A stretch of DNA of 64,000 nt from Cetorhinus maximus (GCF_964194155.1 NC_135888.1:50344001-50408000); one strand, 5' to 3'. Counted from the first letter of the stretch, positions 1-12,331 are shown. A program made the numbers and translations. Notes: a model not told the origin generated them from the sequence alone.

Positions 1-149
1 GCGTTGCACCATCCTCACACATCCTCTGTAGCTCATCTGCAATTGCTCTGTAACGTCTGTCATCCAACCACACGTAGCCCAGGTCTCCATAAATATTTCC
101 CAGCTTTACAGCCCAGATAGGACACTCCAGTTTCTCTGCAGAGCATTAA

Positions 150-2528
150 CACAACATGGGAGACTGCAGTTATGAGTGATGCACTCAACTTGACTGGCTT
201 AGAGAACAGATCCTATGAGCTGTGTCTAATCATGGGAGGGACTATAGTGTCTCACTGGTCAGCCAGCAACCACCTCAGTCAGGCAGCCCCCCACTAGTAA
301 GGTGCTGACCCACTACGGTCTATCTGCATCAATGGAGCTTAGTCTCTGCTGAACATCGCATCAATGAAAAGAAAGAAGATGCAACTCTTTGATTGGCAAC
401 TGGAACGTCAGGACCATGTGCATGGGGTCGACAGACGACTTGCAGCTTGTCAATAATGTACACAACACAGCTACAATCAACATGGAACTTGATAGGCTGA
501 ACATTGACATAGCTAACCTACAAGAGACCAACTCACCAAGAGGAGATCACTGAAAGAAAAATATTACCCATACATCTACCAGGGGAAGAGTCCAGAGGAA
601 ACGTGTGAGCGAGTAGGCTTCACCCTAAGGAATTATCTACTGTCGATGATAAAACCACCCCCCCACCCCCGAAGAATGGTTCAGCTCCTGTTCTCTCCAT
701 CTGCCTCTCAACTCAAACAGGACCAGTTAATATAATGAGTATATATGCTCCAACGCTGTGCTCTACTACAGAGGCAAAAGACTAGTTCTATGAGGAACTT
801 GACACTATTATCAGCAGAATCCCTTAGTTAGAACTTCTTTACCCACTGGGGGCTTTCAATGCAACAGTGGGCATGGACCATGAAGCATGGCCCTTCTGCC
901 TTGAACATCAGGGCCTGGGAAAGATAAATGAGAATGGACTACTTGAGCTTTGTGTAACTAACACCTTTCAGAACAAACCATGCCACAAGGTGTCCTGGAG
1001 GCATCCAAAATCAGGACATTGGCACCAGCTGGATCTGATCATTACCAGAGGTGACTCTCTGAACAGTATTATCAGCATACATAGCAACCACAGCACTGAC
1101 TGTGATGCAGGTCTTTCCATACTGTGCTCCTGAGTTAGGATGCAGCCCTTGAAGTTTCTTCATGCAAAGAAGAAACGTCGTCCTCGTATCAACATCAGCC
1201 ATTCCGCCTATCCAGATAAAAATCCAACACTTCTCAACTTAATTGAACAGGCGCTCTGCGGCATTCACACACATTGAAGAAGCAAAATGGAACATAATTC
1301 AAGACACCATCTACAATACCGCACTCTCAACATATGGGAAGCAAGAGCAGAAAAATGCTGACTGGTTGGAGGCTAACATTACTGTGATGGAACTTGTCAT
1401 TGAAACCAAAGGTCCGCTTTTATTATCTACAAGAGAGATCCGAGTGAGAAGATTCTGAACACACTAAGAACTGCTTGAGGTAAAGTCTAGCAGACTGCTA
1501 GGTGGTGCACCAATGACTACTGGTTACAACTTTGCCAGAATATCCAGATGTCCTTCAACATAGGGAATGCTAGGGGTGTGTATGAAGGGATCAAAAAGGC
1601 AACAGTCTGTCAGCAAAGAAAATGGCTCCAATGAAAACTAAGGTAGGGGAGGTCATCACCAACTGCAACAAACGGTTGGAGGGACAGGTGGAACACTACC
1701 TTGAGTTGTACTCTAGGGAGAACACTGTCACTGAGGAAGCACTAGACACAATAGAAAGCCTGCCTGTCACGGCAGGACTAGATATCGAACTCAGTGGAGG
1801 AGCTCAGCAAAGTTAAGCCATGGGCAAAACTCCAGGTTGCTGACGCTGTATCATCTGAGTCCATCAAGCACCTTGAATCTATCAAGAGAAACCAGCACTC
1901 CTGCAACATTTGCACAAACTTCTCTGTATCCTCCCTCGAGCAGAGACTGTGTTCTATGATATGTGTGATGTAAAGATTGTGACCCTGTACAAGGACAAGG
2001 GTGACCACAGCAATTACAACAATTGGGTATCATCCTACTGAGCATCATGGGAAAAGTATTTGCCTGCGTTGCTCTTGTCAGGCTGCAGATCCTGGCTGAA
2101 GACATCTATCCCGAATCCCAGTGTGGTTTCAGATCTGACAATTGACATGATCTTCTCAATTCTGCAGCTGCAAGAGAAATGCTGTGAACAAAGGAGACCA
2201 TTGAATATTGCCTTCATCGATCTCACCAAGGCATTCGACCATGTGAGCAGAAGTTGTTTATTTAAGCTGTTGGGGAAAATAGACTGCCCAACAAAGTTGC
2301 TTAATGTGATCTCCTCTTTCCATGACAACATGATGGGTAAGGTCAGCTATGATGGGAAAACATCAGAACCCTTTGAGATCTGCAGTGGGGTCAAACAGGG
2401 TTGAGTTCTGGCACCAACAGCCTTTGGCATATTCTTCTCTTTGCTTCTGTCATATGTCTTCAGGTCATCTACAGAGGGGGCCTACTTACATATCAGGACT
2501 GACGGAAAGCTGTTCAGCCTCACCTGAG
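150..2528 (+). mobile_element. RTE-clade LINE, degenerate, 5' part (APE endonuclease and N-terminal RT)
   Basis: IGNWNVRTM APE start near 392; SWRHPKSGHWHQLDLI (867-1133); EKCCEQRRPL..AFIDLTKAFDHV..GVKQG (2060-2404); ends RTDGKLFS at the CR1 junction. Many stops and frameshifts; 5' boundary approximate. Confidence 0.85.
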
Positions 2529-2899
2529 ATAGAACCATAGAACCATAGAACACTACAGCACAGAAAAACAGGCCATTCGGCCCTTCTAGTCTGTGCCGAA
2601 ATATTATTCCGCTAGTCCCATTGACCTGCACCTAGTCCATAACCCTCCAGACCTCTCCCATCCATGTATCTATCCAATTTATTCTTAAAACTTAAGAGTG
2701 AGCCCGCATTTACCACGTCAGATGGCAGCTCGTTCCACACTTCCACCACTCTCTGAGTGAAGAAGTTCCCCCTAATGTTCCCCCTAAACCTTTCCCCTTT
2801 CACCTTAAAGCCATGTCCTCTTGTGTTTATCTCTCCTAATCTAAGTGGAAAGAGCCTACTCGCATTTACTCTGTCTATACCCCTCATAATTTTGTAAAC

Positions 2900-4172
2900 T
2901 TATATCAAATCTCCCCTCATTCTTCTACGCTCCGAGGAATAAAGTCCTAACCTGTTTAATCTTTCCCTGTAACTCAACTCCTTAAGACCCGGCAACATCC
3001 TAGTAAATCTTCTCTGCACTCTCTCAATCTTACTGATATCCTTCCTGTAGTTAGGCAACCAGAACTGCATACAATACTCCAAAGTTGGCCTCACCAATGT
3101 CTTATACAACCTCACCATAACATCCCAACTCCTATACTCAATACTTTGATTTATAAAGGCCAGTATGCCAAAAGCTTTCTTTACAACCCTGTCTACCTGT
3201 GACGCCACTTTCAGGGAATTATGTATCTGAACTCCCAGATCCCTTTGTACCTCCGCACTCCTCAGTGCCCTTCCATTTACTGTGTATGTCCTACCTTGGT
3301 TTGTCCTTCCAAAATGCAACACCTCACACTTTTCTGCATTAAGTTCCATCTGCCATTTTCTGGCCCATTTTTCCAGTTGGTCCAGATCTCTCTGCAGGCT
3401 TTGAAAGCCTTCCTCGCTGTCCACAACGCCTCCAATCTTAGTGTCATCAGCAAACTTGCTGATCCACTTTACCACATTATCATCCAGATCATTGATATAG
3501 ACAACAAACAACAATGGTCCCAGCACAGATCCCTGAGGCACACCACTAGTCACAGGCCTCCAGTCTGAGAAGCAATCATCCACTACCACTCTGTCTTCTA
3601 CCACACAGCCAATTTCGAATCCAGTTTACAACCTCTCCATGGATACCAAGTGTCTGAACCTTCTGAACTAACCTCCCATGTGGGATCTTGTCAAAGGCCT
3701 TACTAAAGTCCATGTAGACAACATCCACAGCCTTTCCTTCATCTACTTTCTTGGTAACCTCCTCGAAAAACTCTACAAGGTTCGTTAAACATGACCTACC
3801 ACGCACAAAGCTATGCTAACTATCCTTAATCAGCCCTTGGCTGTCCAAATAATTGTATATCCGATCTCTCAGAACACCTTCCAATAATTTACCTACTACT
3901 GACGTCAGGCTCACTGGCCTGTAATTACCTGGTTTACTTTTGGAGCCTTTTTTAAACAACGGAACAACATGAGCTACCCTCCAATCCTCCGGCACCTCAC
4001 CCGTGGCTAAGGACATTTTAAATATTTCTGCCAGAGCCCCTGCAATTTCTACACTAGTCTCCCTCAAGGTCCGAGGGAATATCATGTCAGGCCCGGGGGA
4101 TTTATCTACCTTTATTTGCTGTAAGGCAGCAAGCACCTCTTCCTCTTTAATCTCTATTATGTTCCATGACAC
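2900..4172 (-). pseudogene. CR1 reverse transcriptase domain, frameshifted over three ORFs
   Basis: KSPGPD, NYRPVSLTS, YMDFSKAFD, SGVPQGSVLGP and FADDTK split across 3816-4172, 3576-3806 and 2900-3604. Confidence 0.88.
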
Positions 4173-6186
4173 TACTGCTTGTTTCCCTTCCTTCCTTATA
4201 CACTATGCCAGTTTCCTGAGTAAATACTGATGCAAAAAAACTGTTTAAGATCTCCCCCATCTCGTGAGGCTCCACACATAGACGACCACTCTGATCTTCA
4301 AGGGGACCAATTGTGTCCCTTACTATCCTTTTACTCTTAATATACTTGTAGAAATCCTTCGGGTTTACCTTCACATTATCTGCCAAAGCAACCTCATGTC
4401 TTCTTTTTGCCTTCCTGATTTCCTTCTTTAGTATTTTCTTACATTTTCTATACTCTACAAGTACCTCATTTGCTCCTTGTTGCCTATACCTGCTATACAC
4501 CTCTCTCTTTTTCTTAACCAGATCGCCAATATCCCTTGAAAACCAAGGTTCCCTATGCCTGTTAACTTTGCCTTTAATCCTGACAGGAACATGCAAACTC
4601 TGCACTCTCAAAATTTCACCTTCGAATGCCTTCCACTTACTGAACACATCCTCGCCAGAAAACAACTTTTCCCAATCCACTCTTCCTAGATCCTTTCTCA
4701 TTTCCACAAAATTGGCCTTTCTCCAATTTAGAATCTCAACTCGAGGACCAGACCTATCCTTATCCATAATTAACTTAAAACTAATGACATTGTGGTCACT
4801 GGACCCAAAATGTTCGCCTACACATACTTCTGTCACCTGACCTGTCTGGTTCCCTAATAGGAGATCAAGTATTGCACCCTCTCTCGTTGGTACCTCTATA
4901 TATTGATTTAGAAAACTTTCCTGAACACATTTGACAAACTCCAAGCCATCCAGCCCTTTTACAGTATGGGACTCCCAGTCAATATGTGGAAAGTTAAAAT
5001 CTCCTACTATCACAACTTTCTGTTTCTTACATCGGTCTGCTATCTCTCTACAGATTTGCTCCTCCAATTCTCTTTGAATATTGGGCGGTCTATAATACAA
5101 CCCTATTAGTGTAGTCACACCTTTCCTGTTCCTCAGCTCCACCCATATGGCCTCTGTAGACGAGCCCTCTGGGCTGTCCTGTCTACGCACAGCTGTGATA
5201 TTTTTCCTGACTAGTAATGCCACTCCTCCCCCTTTCATCCCTCCCCCTCTATCATGTCTGAAACAACGGAACCCCGGAACATTGAGCTGCCAGTCCTGCC
5301 CCTCCTGCAACCAAGTCTTACTAATAGCAATAATGTTGTAATCACACGTGCCAATCCACGCCCTAAACTCATCTGCCTTTCCGCCAATACTCCTTGCATT
5401 GAAATAGATGCACCTGAGAACATTTCTATCACGTACAAACCTTTGATTTCTGTCTGTACATGCATTCCTCGCTTGACCTTTATCCTCCTCCACCTCACTA
5501 TCTGCTCTAACACTCTGGTTCCCCTCCCTCTGCAAATCTAGTTTAAACTCCCCCGGAGCAGCACTAGCAAACCTACCCGCAAGGATGTTAGTCCCTCTCC
5601 AGTTCAGGTGCAAACCGTCCCGTCGGAACAGGTCCCACCTTCCCTGGAACAGAGCCCAATTGTCCAGAAACATGAAGCCCTCCCTCCTGCACCATCTCCT
5701 TAGCCACATATTTAGTTGCATTATCTTCCTATTTCTAGCCTCACTAGCACGTGGCACGGGTAGCACTCCTGAGATCGCAACCCTGGAGGTCCTGTCCTTC
5801 AACTTTGCACCCAACTCCCTAAACTCTCTTTGCAGGACCTCCTCCTCCTTCCTATCCACGTCATTGGTCCCTACATGGACCACGACATCTGGCTGCTCAC
5901 CCTCCCTCCTGAGAATACTGAGAACTTGATCCGAGATATCGCGGACCCTGGCACCAGGGAGGCAACAGACCATCTGGGATTCTCGATCTCTCCCACAAAA
6001 CCTCTTATCTGTCCCCCTAACTATCGAATCCCCTATCACTACTGCTCTCCTCTTTTCCCTCCTTCCTTTCTGAGCTGAGGGTCCAGTCTCGGGTCCAGAG
6101 ATGCGACCACTACAACTTGTCCCTGGTAGGTCGTCCCCACCAACAGTATCCAAAACGGTATACCTATTGTTGATGGGAACGGCCAC
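4147..6186 (-). CDS. CR1 polyprotein segment: SGNH/GDSL esterase in frame with APE endonuclease
   Basis: VIGDSIVRG, HVGTND and DGLH esterase motifs followed without a stop by CIYFNARS, YYRPP, VGDFN, LDLLL and SDH APE motifs. Confidence 0.8.
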   Translation of the reverse strand: MAVPINNRYTVLDTVGGDDLPGTSCSGRISGPETGPSAQKGRREKRRAVVIGDSIVRGTDKRFCGRDRESQMVCCLPGARVRDISDQVLSILRREGEQPDVVVHVGTNDVDRKEEEVLQREFRELGAKLKDRTSRVAISGVLPVPRASEARNRKIMQLNMWLRRWCRREGFMFLDNWALFQGRWDLFRRDGLHLNWRGTNILAGRFASAAPGEFKLDLQREGNQSVRADSEVEEDKGQARNACTDRNQRFVRDRNVLRCIYFNARSIGGKADEFRAWIGTCDYNIIAISKTWLQEGQDWQLNVPGFRCFRHDRGGGMKGGGVALLVRKNITAVRRQDSPEGSSTEAIWVELRNRKGVTTLIGLYYRPPNIQRELEEQICREIADRCKKQKVVIVGDFNFPHIDWESHTVKGLDGLEFVKCVQESFLNQYIEVPTREGAILDLLLGNQTGQVTEVCVGEHFGSSDHNVISFKLIMDKDRSGPRVEILNWRKANFVEMRKDLGRVDWEKLFSGEDVFSKWKAFEGEILRVQSLHVPVRIKGKVNRHREPWFSRDIGDLVKKKREVYSRYRQQGANEVLVEYRKCKKILKKEIRKAKRRHEVALADNVKVNPKDFYKYIKSKRIVRDTIGPLEDQSGRLCVEPHEMGEILNSFFASVFTQETGIVYKEGRETSSSVMEHNRD

Positions 6187-6476
6187 AGGGGTGCTCTGCT
6201 CTGTCTATTCCCCTTCCCTCTCCTGACAGTCACCCAGCTACCTGCCTCCTGACTTTTAGGGGTGACTGTCTCCCTGAAACTTCTGTCTATTACTGCCTCT
6301 GCCTCCCGTATGATCCGAAGTTCATCCAGCTCCAGCTCCAGTTCCCTAACTCGGTTTGTCAGGAGCTGCAGCTGGATGCATCTTTTGCAGGTGTAGTCAT
6401 CAGGGACAATTGTGTTGTCCCAGACTTCCCACATGCTGCATTCGGAGCACTCGACTGCCCTAACTGCTGCCTCCAT
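6039..6476 (-). CDS. CR1 ORF1 N-terminus (CxxC..CxxC zinc finger plus leucine zipper), frameshifted from the esterase part
   Basis: VECSECSMWEV..YTCKRC..VRELELELDEL; overlaps the next ORF in a different frame. Confidence 0.75.
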   Translation of the reverse strand: MEAAVRAVECSECSMWEVWDNTIVPDDYTCKRCIQLQLLTNRVRELELELDELRIIREAEAVIDRSFRETVTPKSQEAGSWVTVRRGKGNRQSRAPLWPFPSTIGIPFWILLVGTTYQGQVVVVASLDPRLDPQLRKEGGKRGEQ

Positions 6477-6643
6477 TACCTACTCCTAATATAATTAAAG
6501 GAACTTACCCGGCCTTACCTCACTGGGAGCAAGCTCGTCCTCAGCCTCTGCTCCCTGAAGCCTCTCAGGCCAAAGCCTCAAAGCTCCACTCCTTCACTGG
6601 GCCACTCACACACTGGCCGCTCCGCTTCAGCTTCCCCTCCTTT

Positions 6644-7441
6644 TGTTTTCAATCTCCCGACCGACTCTCCTGTCGCGCTGTTTTCAATCTCCCGACCGAC
6701 TCTCCTGTCGCGCTGTTTTCAATCTCCCGACCGACTCTCCTGTCGCGCTGTTTTCAATCTCCCGACCGACTCTCCTGTCGCGCTGTTTTCAATCTCCCGA
6801 CCGACTCTCCTGTCGCGCTGTTTTCAATCTCCCGACCGACTCTCCTGTCGCGCTGTTTTCAATCTCCCGACCGACTCTCCTGTCGCGCTGTTTTCAATCT
6901 CCCGACCGACTCTCCTGTCGCGCTGTTTTCAATCTCCCGACCGACTCTCCTGTCGCGCTGTTTTCAATCTCCCGACCGACTCTCCTGTCGCGCTGTTTTC
7001 AATCTCCCGACCGACTCTCCTGTCGCGCTGTTTTCAATCTCCCGACCGACTCTCCTGTCGCGCTGTTTTCAATCTCCCGACCGACTCTCCTGTCGCGCTG
7101 TTTTCAATCTCCCGACCGACTCTCCTGTCGCGCTGTTTTCAATCTCCCGACCGACTCTCCTGTCGCGCTGTTTTCAATCTCCCGACCGACTCTCCTGTCG
7201 CGCTGTTTTCAATCTCCCGACCGACTCTCCTGTCGCGCTGTTTTCAATCTCCCGACCGACTCTCCTGTCGCGCTGTTTTCAATCTCCCGACCGACTCTCC
7301 TGTCGCGCTGTTTTCAATCTCCCGACCGACTCTCCTGTCGCGCTGTTTTCAATCTCCCGACCGACTCTCCTGTCGCGCTGTTTTCAATCTCCCGACCGAC
7401 TCTCCTCTCGCACTGTTTTCAATCTCCCGACTGACTCTCCT
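6644..7441 (-). repeat. 35-bp tandem array (about 23 near-identical copies) at the CR1 5' end
   Basis: Unit TTTTCAATCTCCCGACCGACTCTCCTGTCGCGCTG on +; the line pattern recurs every 420 bp (12 x 35). Confidence 0.97.
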
Positions 7442-8483
7442 CAATCATCCAATACAAAGGTGAGCCAAGCCCTCATCAGAAAGATGGTCTATGCTGATAA
7501 TGCTGCACTTACATTCTATACTGAGGAACATCTTCAGCAGCAAATGGACAGACACTCTCATACCTTTAAAGAATTTGATTTGACCATCAGCATTAGGAAG
7601 CTAAATGTCATGGTCCAGGATGTTGCCATACTGCCAGCTATCAACATTGACAATGTGATGCTGGAGGTTGTTGATAGCTTCACATATCTTGGCACCACAA
7701 GCACCAGCAATCTGTCACTTGATGCTGAAATTAACTCACACATCGCAAAAGCTGCAGCAGCTATGTCCAAGCTGAGTAAGAGAGTGTGAAACAACAGCAA
7801 TCTGACTGAGAACACCAAACTCTGAGTCTACCAAGCCTGCACCCTCAGCGCACTCCTCTACAGTGGTGAGACCTGGACGACATATGCTCGGCATGAGAAA
7901 AGGCTGAACAGTTTCCACCTTCACTGTCTCAGACGTATCCCTGACATCTCTTGGCAGAGCAAGGTCAGCTTCTCAGAGGTCCTGGACTGTGCTAATTCCA
8001 GCAGCATACACTCATTACTAAACCAAAGATGTCTGCGTTGACTGAACCACATTCATCGGATTGATGAAGGCTGTATACCCAAAGACTTTCTGTACAATGA
8101 ACTGGCCACTGGGTTACAACATCAAGGGTATCCAGACCTCCGTTACAAGGACACTTACAAGCAAGATATGAAGATGGCGGACATTGACACTGACAACTGG
8201 GAGACAGTTGCTGACAGCCGTGACCTCTGGAGGCTGACTGTTTGGAAGGGCATTGAAGAGGCATGCAGAAAGAGAAACCTCAATTGGCTCAATAGAGGGC
8301 CCAGAAAAAACAAAGACCTGTAAATCACACCTCTTCTCAGCACACTGTCCTCCTCTGCAGCAAATGTGGCAGAGACTGCCATATCACTGTGGGGTCTCTG
8401 AGCCGCACCAGGTGATCTTTAACACAGAGTTGGCCAACACAGTGCAAACCATCAACTTATGAGATGGAGAGCAGCAAAGCCAA
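7442..8483 (+). mobile_element. RTE LINE, 3' part
   Basis: LIRKMVYADNAAL (degenerate YADD), VVDSFTYLG, and a C-terminal CSKCGRDCH motif near 8355; collinear with 150-2528. Confidence 0.85.
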
Positions 8484-8830
8484 TGAGAGGGGATCTCATT
8501 GAAACGTACAAAATTCTGACAGGCCTGGGCAGACTGGATGCAGGGATGATGTTTCCTCTGGCTGGGTGGGTTTAGAACAAGGGGTCACAGTCTCAGGATA
8601 CAGGGCATTTAGGACTGAGCTGAGGAGAAACTTCTTCACTCAGAAGGCTATGGAGGTCAAGTCACTGAATATATTTAAGGAGGAAATAGAAAGATTTCTA
8701 GACTCTAAAGCTGTTAAGGGGTATGGGGAGAGAGCTGGAGTATGGCGTTGAGATAGAGGATCAGCCATGATCACATTGAGTGGCAGAGCAGGCTCGAAAG
8801 GCCAAAGGACCTACTCCTGCTCCTATGAAT
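8484..8830 (+). mobile_element. CR1 3' fragment
   Basis: RGDLIETYKIL and FRTELRRNFFTQ, then a CR1-type 3' UTR. Confidence 0.8.
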
Positions 8831-8964
8831 ACAATTTATTTTTACATTGGAGATTTTTTTTTCTTTCCAGTGTCAAGTATTTAAAATCAGATTGTTAAAG
8901 GTTTAATTTTTTCCCAATGATTTAAAAATAATTCCCATTGCTTTTGCATGGTTCATGAGTACTG

Positions 8965-9660
8965 TACATATAGGATACTGGGGGATATGAAGAATACATG
9001 GAGGGGGAACAGAGGGGGAATGGGGTGGCGTGGGCTGGCTGAAGGAAAGAAAGGAGGAGGGGTGTCAGTATTAAGGAGAATATTACAATGCCGGGGACAG
9101 GATGTCCTGGAGCAGTCAAGGACAGAATCTATTTTGTTAGAGCCAAGAAACAACAGAGGTACCATTACGCTACTGGATGTATTGTATAGGCCATCAACTA
9201 GTGGGAAAGATATAGAGAAATAGATTTTCAGGGAAGTTACAGCAGGGTGCACTGCAGGAACTCACCAAGGTTCCTTAGACAGCACCTTCCAAATCCCAGC
9301 CACCACCATCTAGGAGGACAAGGGCAAGATAGATGGGAACACCACCACCTGGAGGTTCCCCTCCAAGCTATGCACCATACCGACTTGGAAATATATCACC
9401 ATTCCTTCACTGTTGCTTGGTCAAAATCCTGGAACTCCCTTCCTAACAGCACTGTGGGTGTACCGACACCACACGGACTGCAGTGGTTCAAGAAGGCAGC
9501 TCACCACCAGCCTTAACAAGGGCAATTAGTGATGGGCTATAAATGCTAGCTAAACCAGCGACACCCACATTACATAAATGAGTAAAAAGCTACAGAGCAG
9601 TGAGAATGGGAGACTTTCATTATCTTAAAATGGACTGGGATAGTAATAGTGTAAATAGCA
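8965..9660 (+). mobile_element. CR1 APE fragment interrupted by a Crack/L2-like LINE 3' end (9247-9590)
   Basis: GKKGGGV and LYRPS before the insert, MGDF after it; insert matches the tails at 12720, 37953 and 54345. Confidence 0.7.
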
Positions 9661-9663
9661 GCG

Positions 9664-12200
9664 TTGGGGGAGCCGTGAGTCAGGGCGTTCGGGGGGGGCC
9701 GTGAGTCAGGGCGTTCGGGGGGGGCCGTGAGTCAGGGCGTTCGGGGGGGGCCGTGAGTCAGAGCGTTCGGGGGGGGCCGTGAGTCAGGGCGTTCGGGGGG
9801 GGCCGTGAGTCAGGGCGTTCGGGGGGGGCCGTGAGTCAGGGCGTTCGGGGGGGGCCGTGAGTCAGGGCGTTCGGGGGGGGCCGTGAGTCAGGGCGTTCGG
9901 GGGGGGCCGTGAGTCAGGGCGTTCGGGGGGGGCCGTGAGTCAGGGCGTTCGGGGGGGGCCGTGAGTCAGGGCGTTCGGGGGGGGCCGTGAGTCAGGGCGT
10001 TCGGGGGGGGCCGTGAGTCAGGGCGTTCGGGGGGGGCCGTGAGTCAGGGCGTTCGGGGGGGGCCGTGAGTCAGGGCGTTCGGGGGGGGCCGTGAGTCAGG
10101 GCGTTCGGGGGGGGCCGTGAGTCAGGGCGTTCGGGGGGGGCCGTGAGTCAGGGCGTTCGGGGGGGGCCGTGAGTCAGGGCGTTCGGGGGGGGCCGTGAGT
10201 CAGGGCGTTCGGGGGGGGCCGTGAGTCAGGGCGTTCGGGGGGGGCCGTGAGTCAGGGCGTTCGGGGGGGGCCGTGAGTCAGGGCGTTCGGGGGGGGCCGT
10301 GAGTCAGGGCGTTCGGGGGGGGCCGTGAGTCAGGGCGTTCGGGGGGGGCCGTGAGTCAGGGCGCTCGGGGGGGGCCGTGAGTCAGGGCGCTCGGGGGGGG
10401 CCGTGAGTCAGGGCGTTCGGGGGGGGCCGTGAGTCAGGGCGTTCGGGGGGGGCCGTGAGTCAGGGCGTTCGGGGGGGGCCGTGAGTCAGGGCGTTCGGGG
10501 GGGGCCGTGAGTCAGGGGGGTCGGGGGGGGCCGTGAGTCAGGGCGTTCGGGGGGGGCCGTGAGTCAGGGCGTTCGGGGGGGCCGTGAGTCAGGGGGTTCG
10601 GGGGGGGCCGTGAGTCAGGGCGTTCGGGGGGGCCGTGAGTCAGGGGGTGGGGGGGGTGAGTCAGGGGGTGGGGGGGGTGAGTCAGGGGGTGGGGGGGGTG
10701 AGTCAGGGGGTGGGGGGGGTGAGTCAGGGGGTGGGGGGGGTGAGTCAGGGGGTGGGGGGGGTGAGTCAGGGGGTGGGGGGGGTGAGTCAGGGGGTGGGGG
10801 GGGTGAGTCAGGGGGTGGGGGGGGTGAGTCAGGGGGTGGGGGGGGTGAGTCAGGGGGTGGGGGGGGTGAGTCAGGGGGTGGGGGGGGTGAGTCAGGGGGT
10901 GGGGGGGGTGAGTCAGGGGGTGGGGGGGCGAGTCAGGGGGTGGGGGGGCGAGTCAGGGGGTGGGGGGGCGAGTCAGGGGGTGGGGGGGCGAGTCAGGGGG
11001 TGGGGGGGCGAGTCAGGGGGTGGGGGGTGAGTCAGGGGGTGGGGTGAGTCAGGGGTTGGGGGGTGAGTCAGGGGTTGGGGGGTGAGTCAGGTGGTGGGGG
11101 GGGTGAGTCAGGGGGTGGGGGGGGTGAGTCAGGGGGTGGGGGGGGTGAGTCAGGGGGTGGGGGGGGTGAGTCAGGGGGTGGGGGGGGTGAGTCAGGGGGT
11201 GGGGGGGCGAGTCAGGGGGTGGGGGGGAGAGTCAGGGGGTGGGGGGGCGAGTCAGGGGGTGGGGGGGCGAGTCAGGGGGTGGGGGGGCGAGTCAGGGGGT
11301 GGGGGGGCGAGTCAGGGGGTGGGGGGGCGAGTCAGGGGGTGGGGGGTGAGTCAGGGGGTGGGGGGTGAGTCAGGGGGTGGGGTGAGCGTCAGGGGTTGGG
11401 GGGTGAGTCAGGGGGTGGGGGGGCAAGTCAGGGGGTGGGGGGTGAGTCAGGGGGTGGGGGGTGAGTCAGGGGGTGGGGGGTGAGTCAGGGGGTGGAGGGT
11501 GAGTCAGGGGGTGGGGTGAGAGTCAGGGGTTGGGGTGAGTCAGGGGTTGGGGGGTGAGTCAGGGGGTGGGGTGAGTCAGGCGGTGGGGGGTGAGTCGGGG
11601 GTGGGGGCGGTGAGTCAGGGGGTGGGGGGGGTGAGTCAGGGGGTGGGGGGTGAGTCAGGGGGTGGGGGGGCGAGTCAGGGGGTGGGGGGGCGAGTCAGGG
11701 GGTGGGGTGAGTCAGGGGGTGGGGGGGTGAGTCAGGGGGTGGGGGGGTGAGTCAGGGGGTGGGGGGGTGAGTCAGGGGGTGGAGGGTGAGTCAGGGGGTG
11801 GGGTGAGAGTCAGGGGTTGGGGTGAGTCAGGGGTTGGGGGGTGAGTCAGGGGGTGGGGTGAGTCAGGCGGTGGGGGGTGAGTCGGGGGTGGGGGCGGTGA
11901 GTCAGGGGGTGGGGGGGGTGAGTCAGGGGGTGGGGGGTGAGTCAGGGGGTGGGGGGGCGAGTCAGGGGGTGGGGGGGCGAGTCAGGGGGTGGGGTGAGTC
12001 AGGGGGTGGGGGGGTGAGTCAGGGGGTGGGGGGGTGAGTCAGGGGGTGGGGGGTGAGTCAGGGGGTGGGGGGTGAGTCAGGGGGTGGGGGGTGAGTCAGG
12101 GGGTGGGGGGTGAGTCAGGGGGTGGGGGGTGAGTCAGGGGGTGGGGTGAGTCAGGGGGTGGGGTGAGTCAGGGGGTGGGGGGTGAGTCAGGGGTTGGGGT
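9664..12200 (+). repeat. G-rich minisatellite: 26-bp unit grading into 19-21-bp units, most containing TGAGTCA
   Basis: CCGTGAGTCAGGGCGTTCGGGGGGGG (about 37 copies to 10635), then GTGAGTCAGGGGGTGGGGGGG variants. Confidence 0.97.
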
Positions 12201-12331
12201 GATTTGGGGGCTGGGGATTAGGGGGAGGTTGGGGGGGTAGTCGGCGATCTAACAGCAGTAATGCCCCCTCGCCAGTGTTATCTGAGGTGCCCCCACCGCC
12301 AGCCGCTCTCGGAGCTCAGGGAGTCGGTTAC

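Larger units (their letters stand above)
2529..7441 (-). mobile_element. Full-length CR1 LINE inserted into the RTE element
   Basis: (TTCTATGG)n tail at 2529; RT fragments (SGVPQGSVLGP, FADDTK; 2612-4172); APE plus SGNH esterase (4147-6186); Cys-rich/leucine-zipper N-terminus (6039-6476); 5' tandem array. The RTE frame resumes almost exactly after 7441. Confidence 0.93.

Noticed and set aside
6644-7441. CRISPR-like array, or the 263-aa repeat protein
   Set aside because: No unique spacers and no cas genes in a vertebrate context; the ORF is a translated tandem repeat.
150-8483. RTE element as evidence of horizontal transfer
   Set aside because: The copy is old and degenerate; the claim needs cross-species identity data that cannot be obtained here.
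10559-12037. Gly-rich ORFs
   Set aside because: Translations of the G-rich array.
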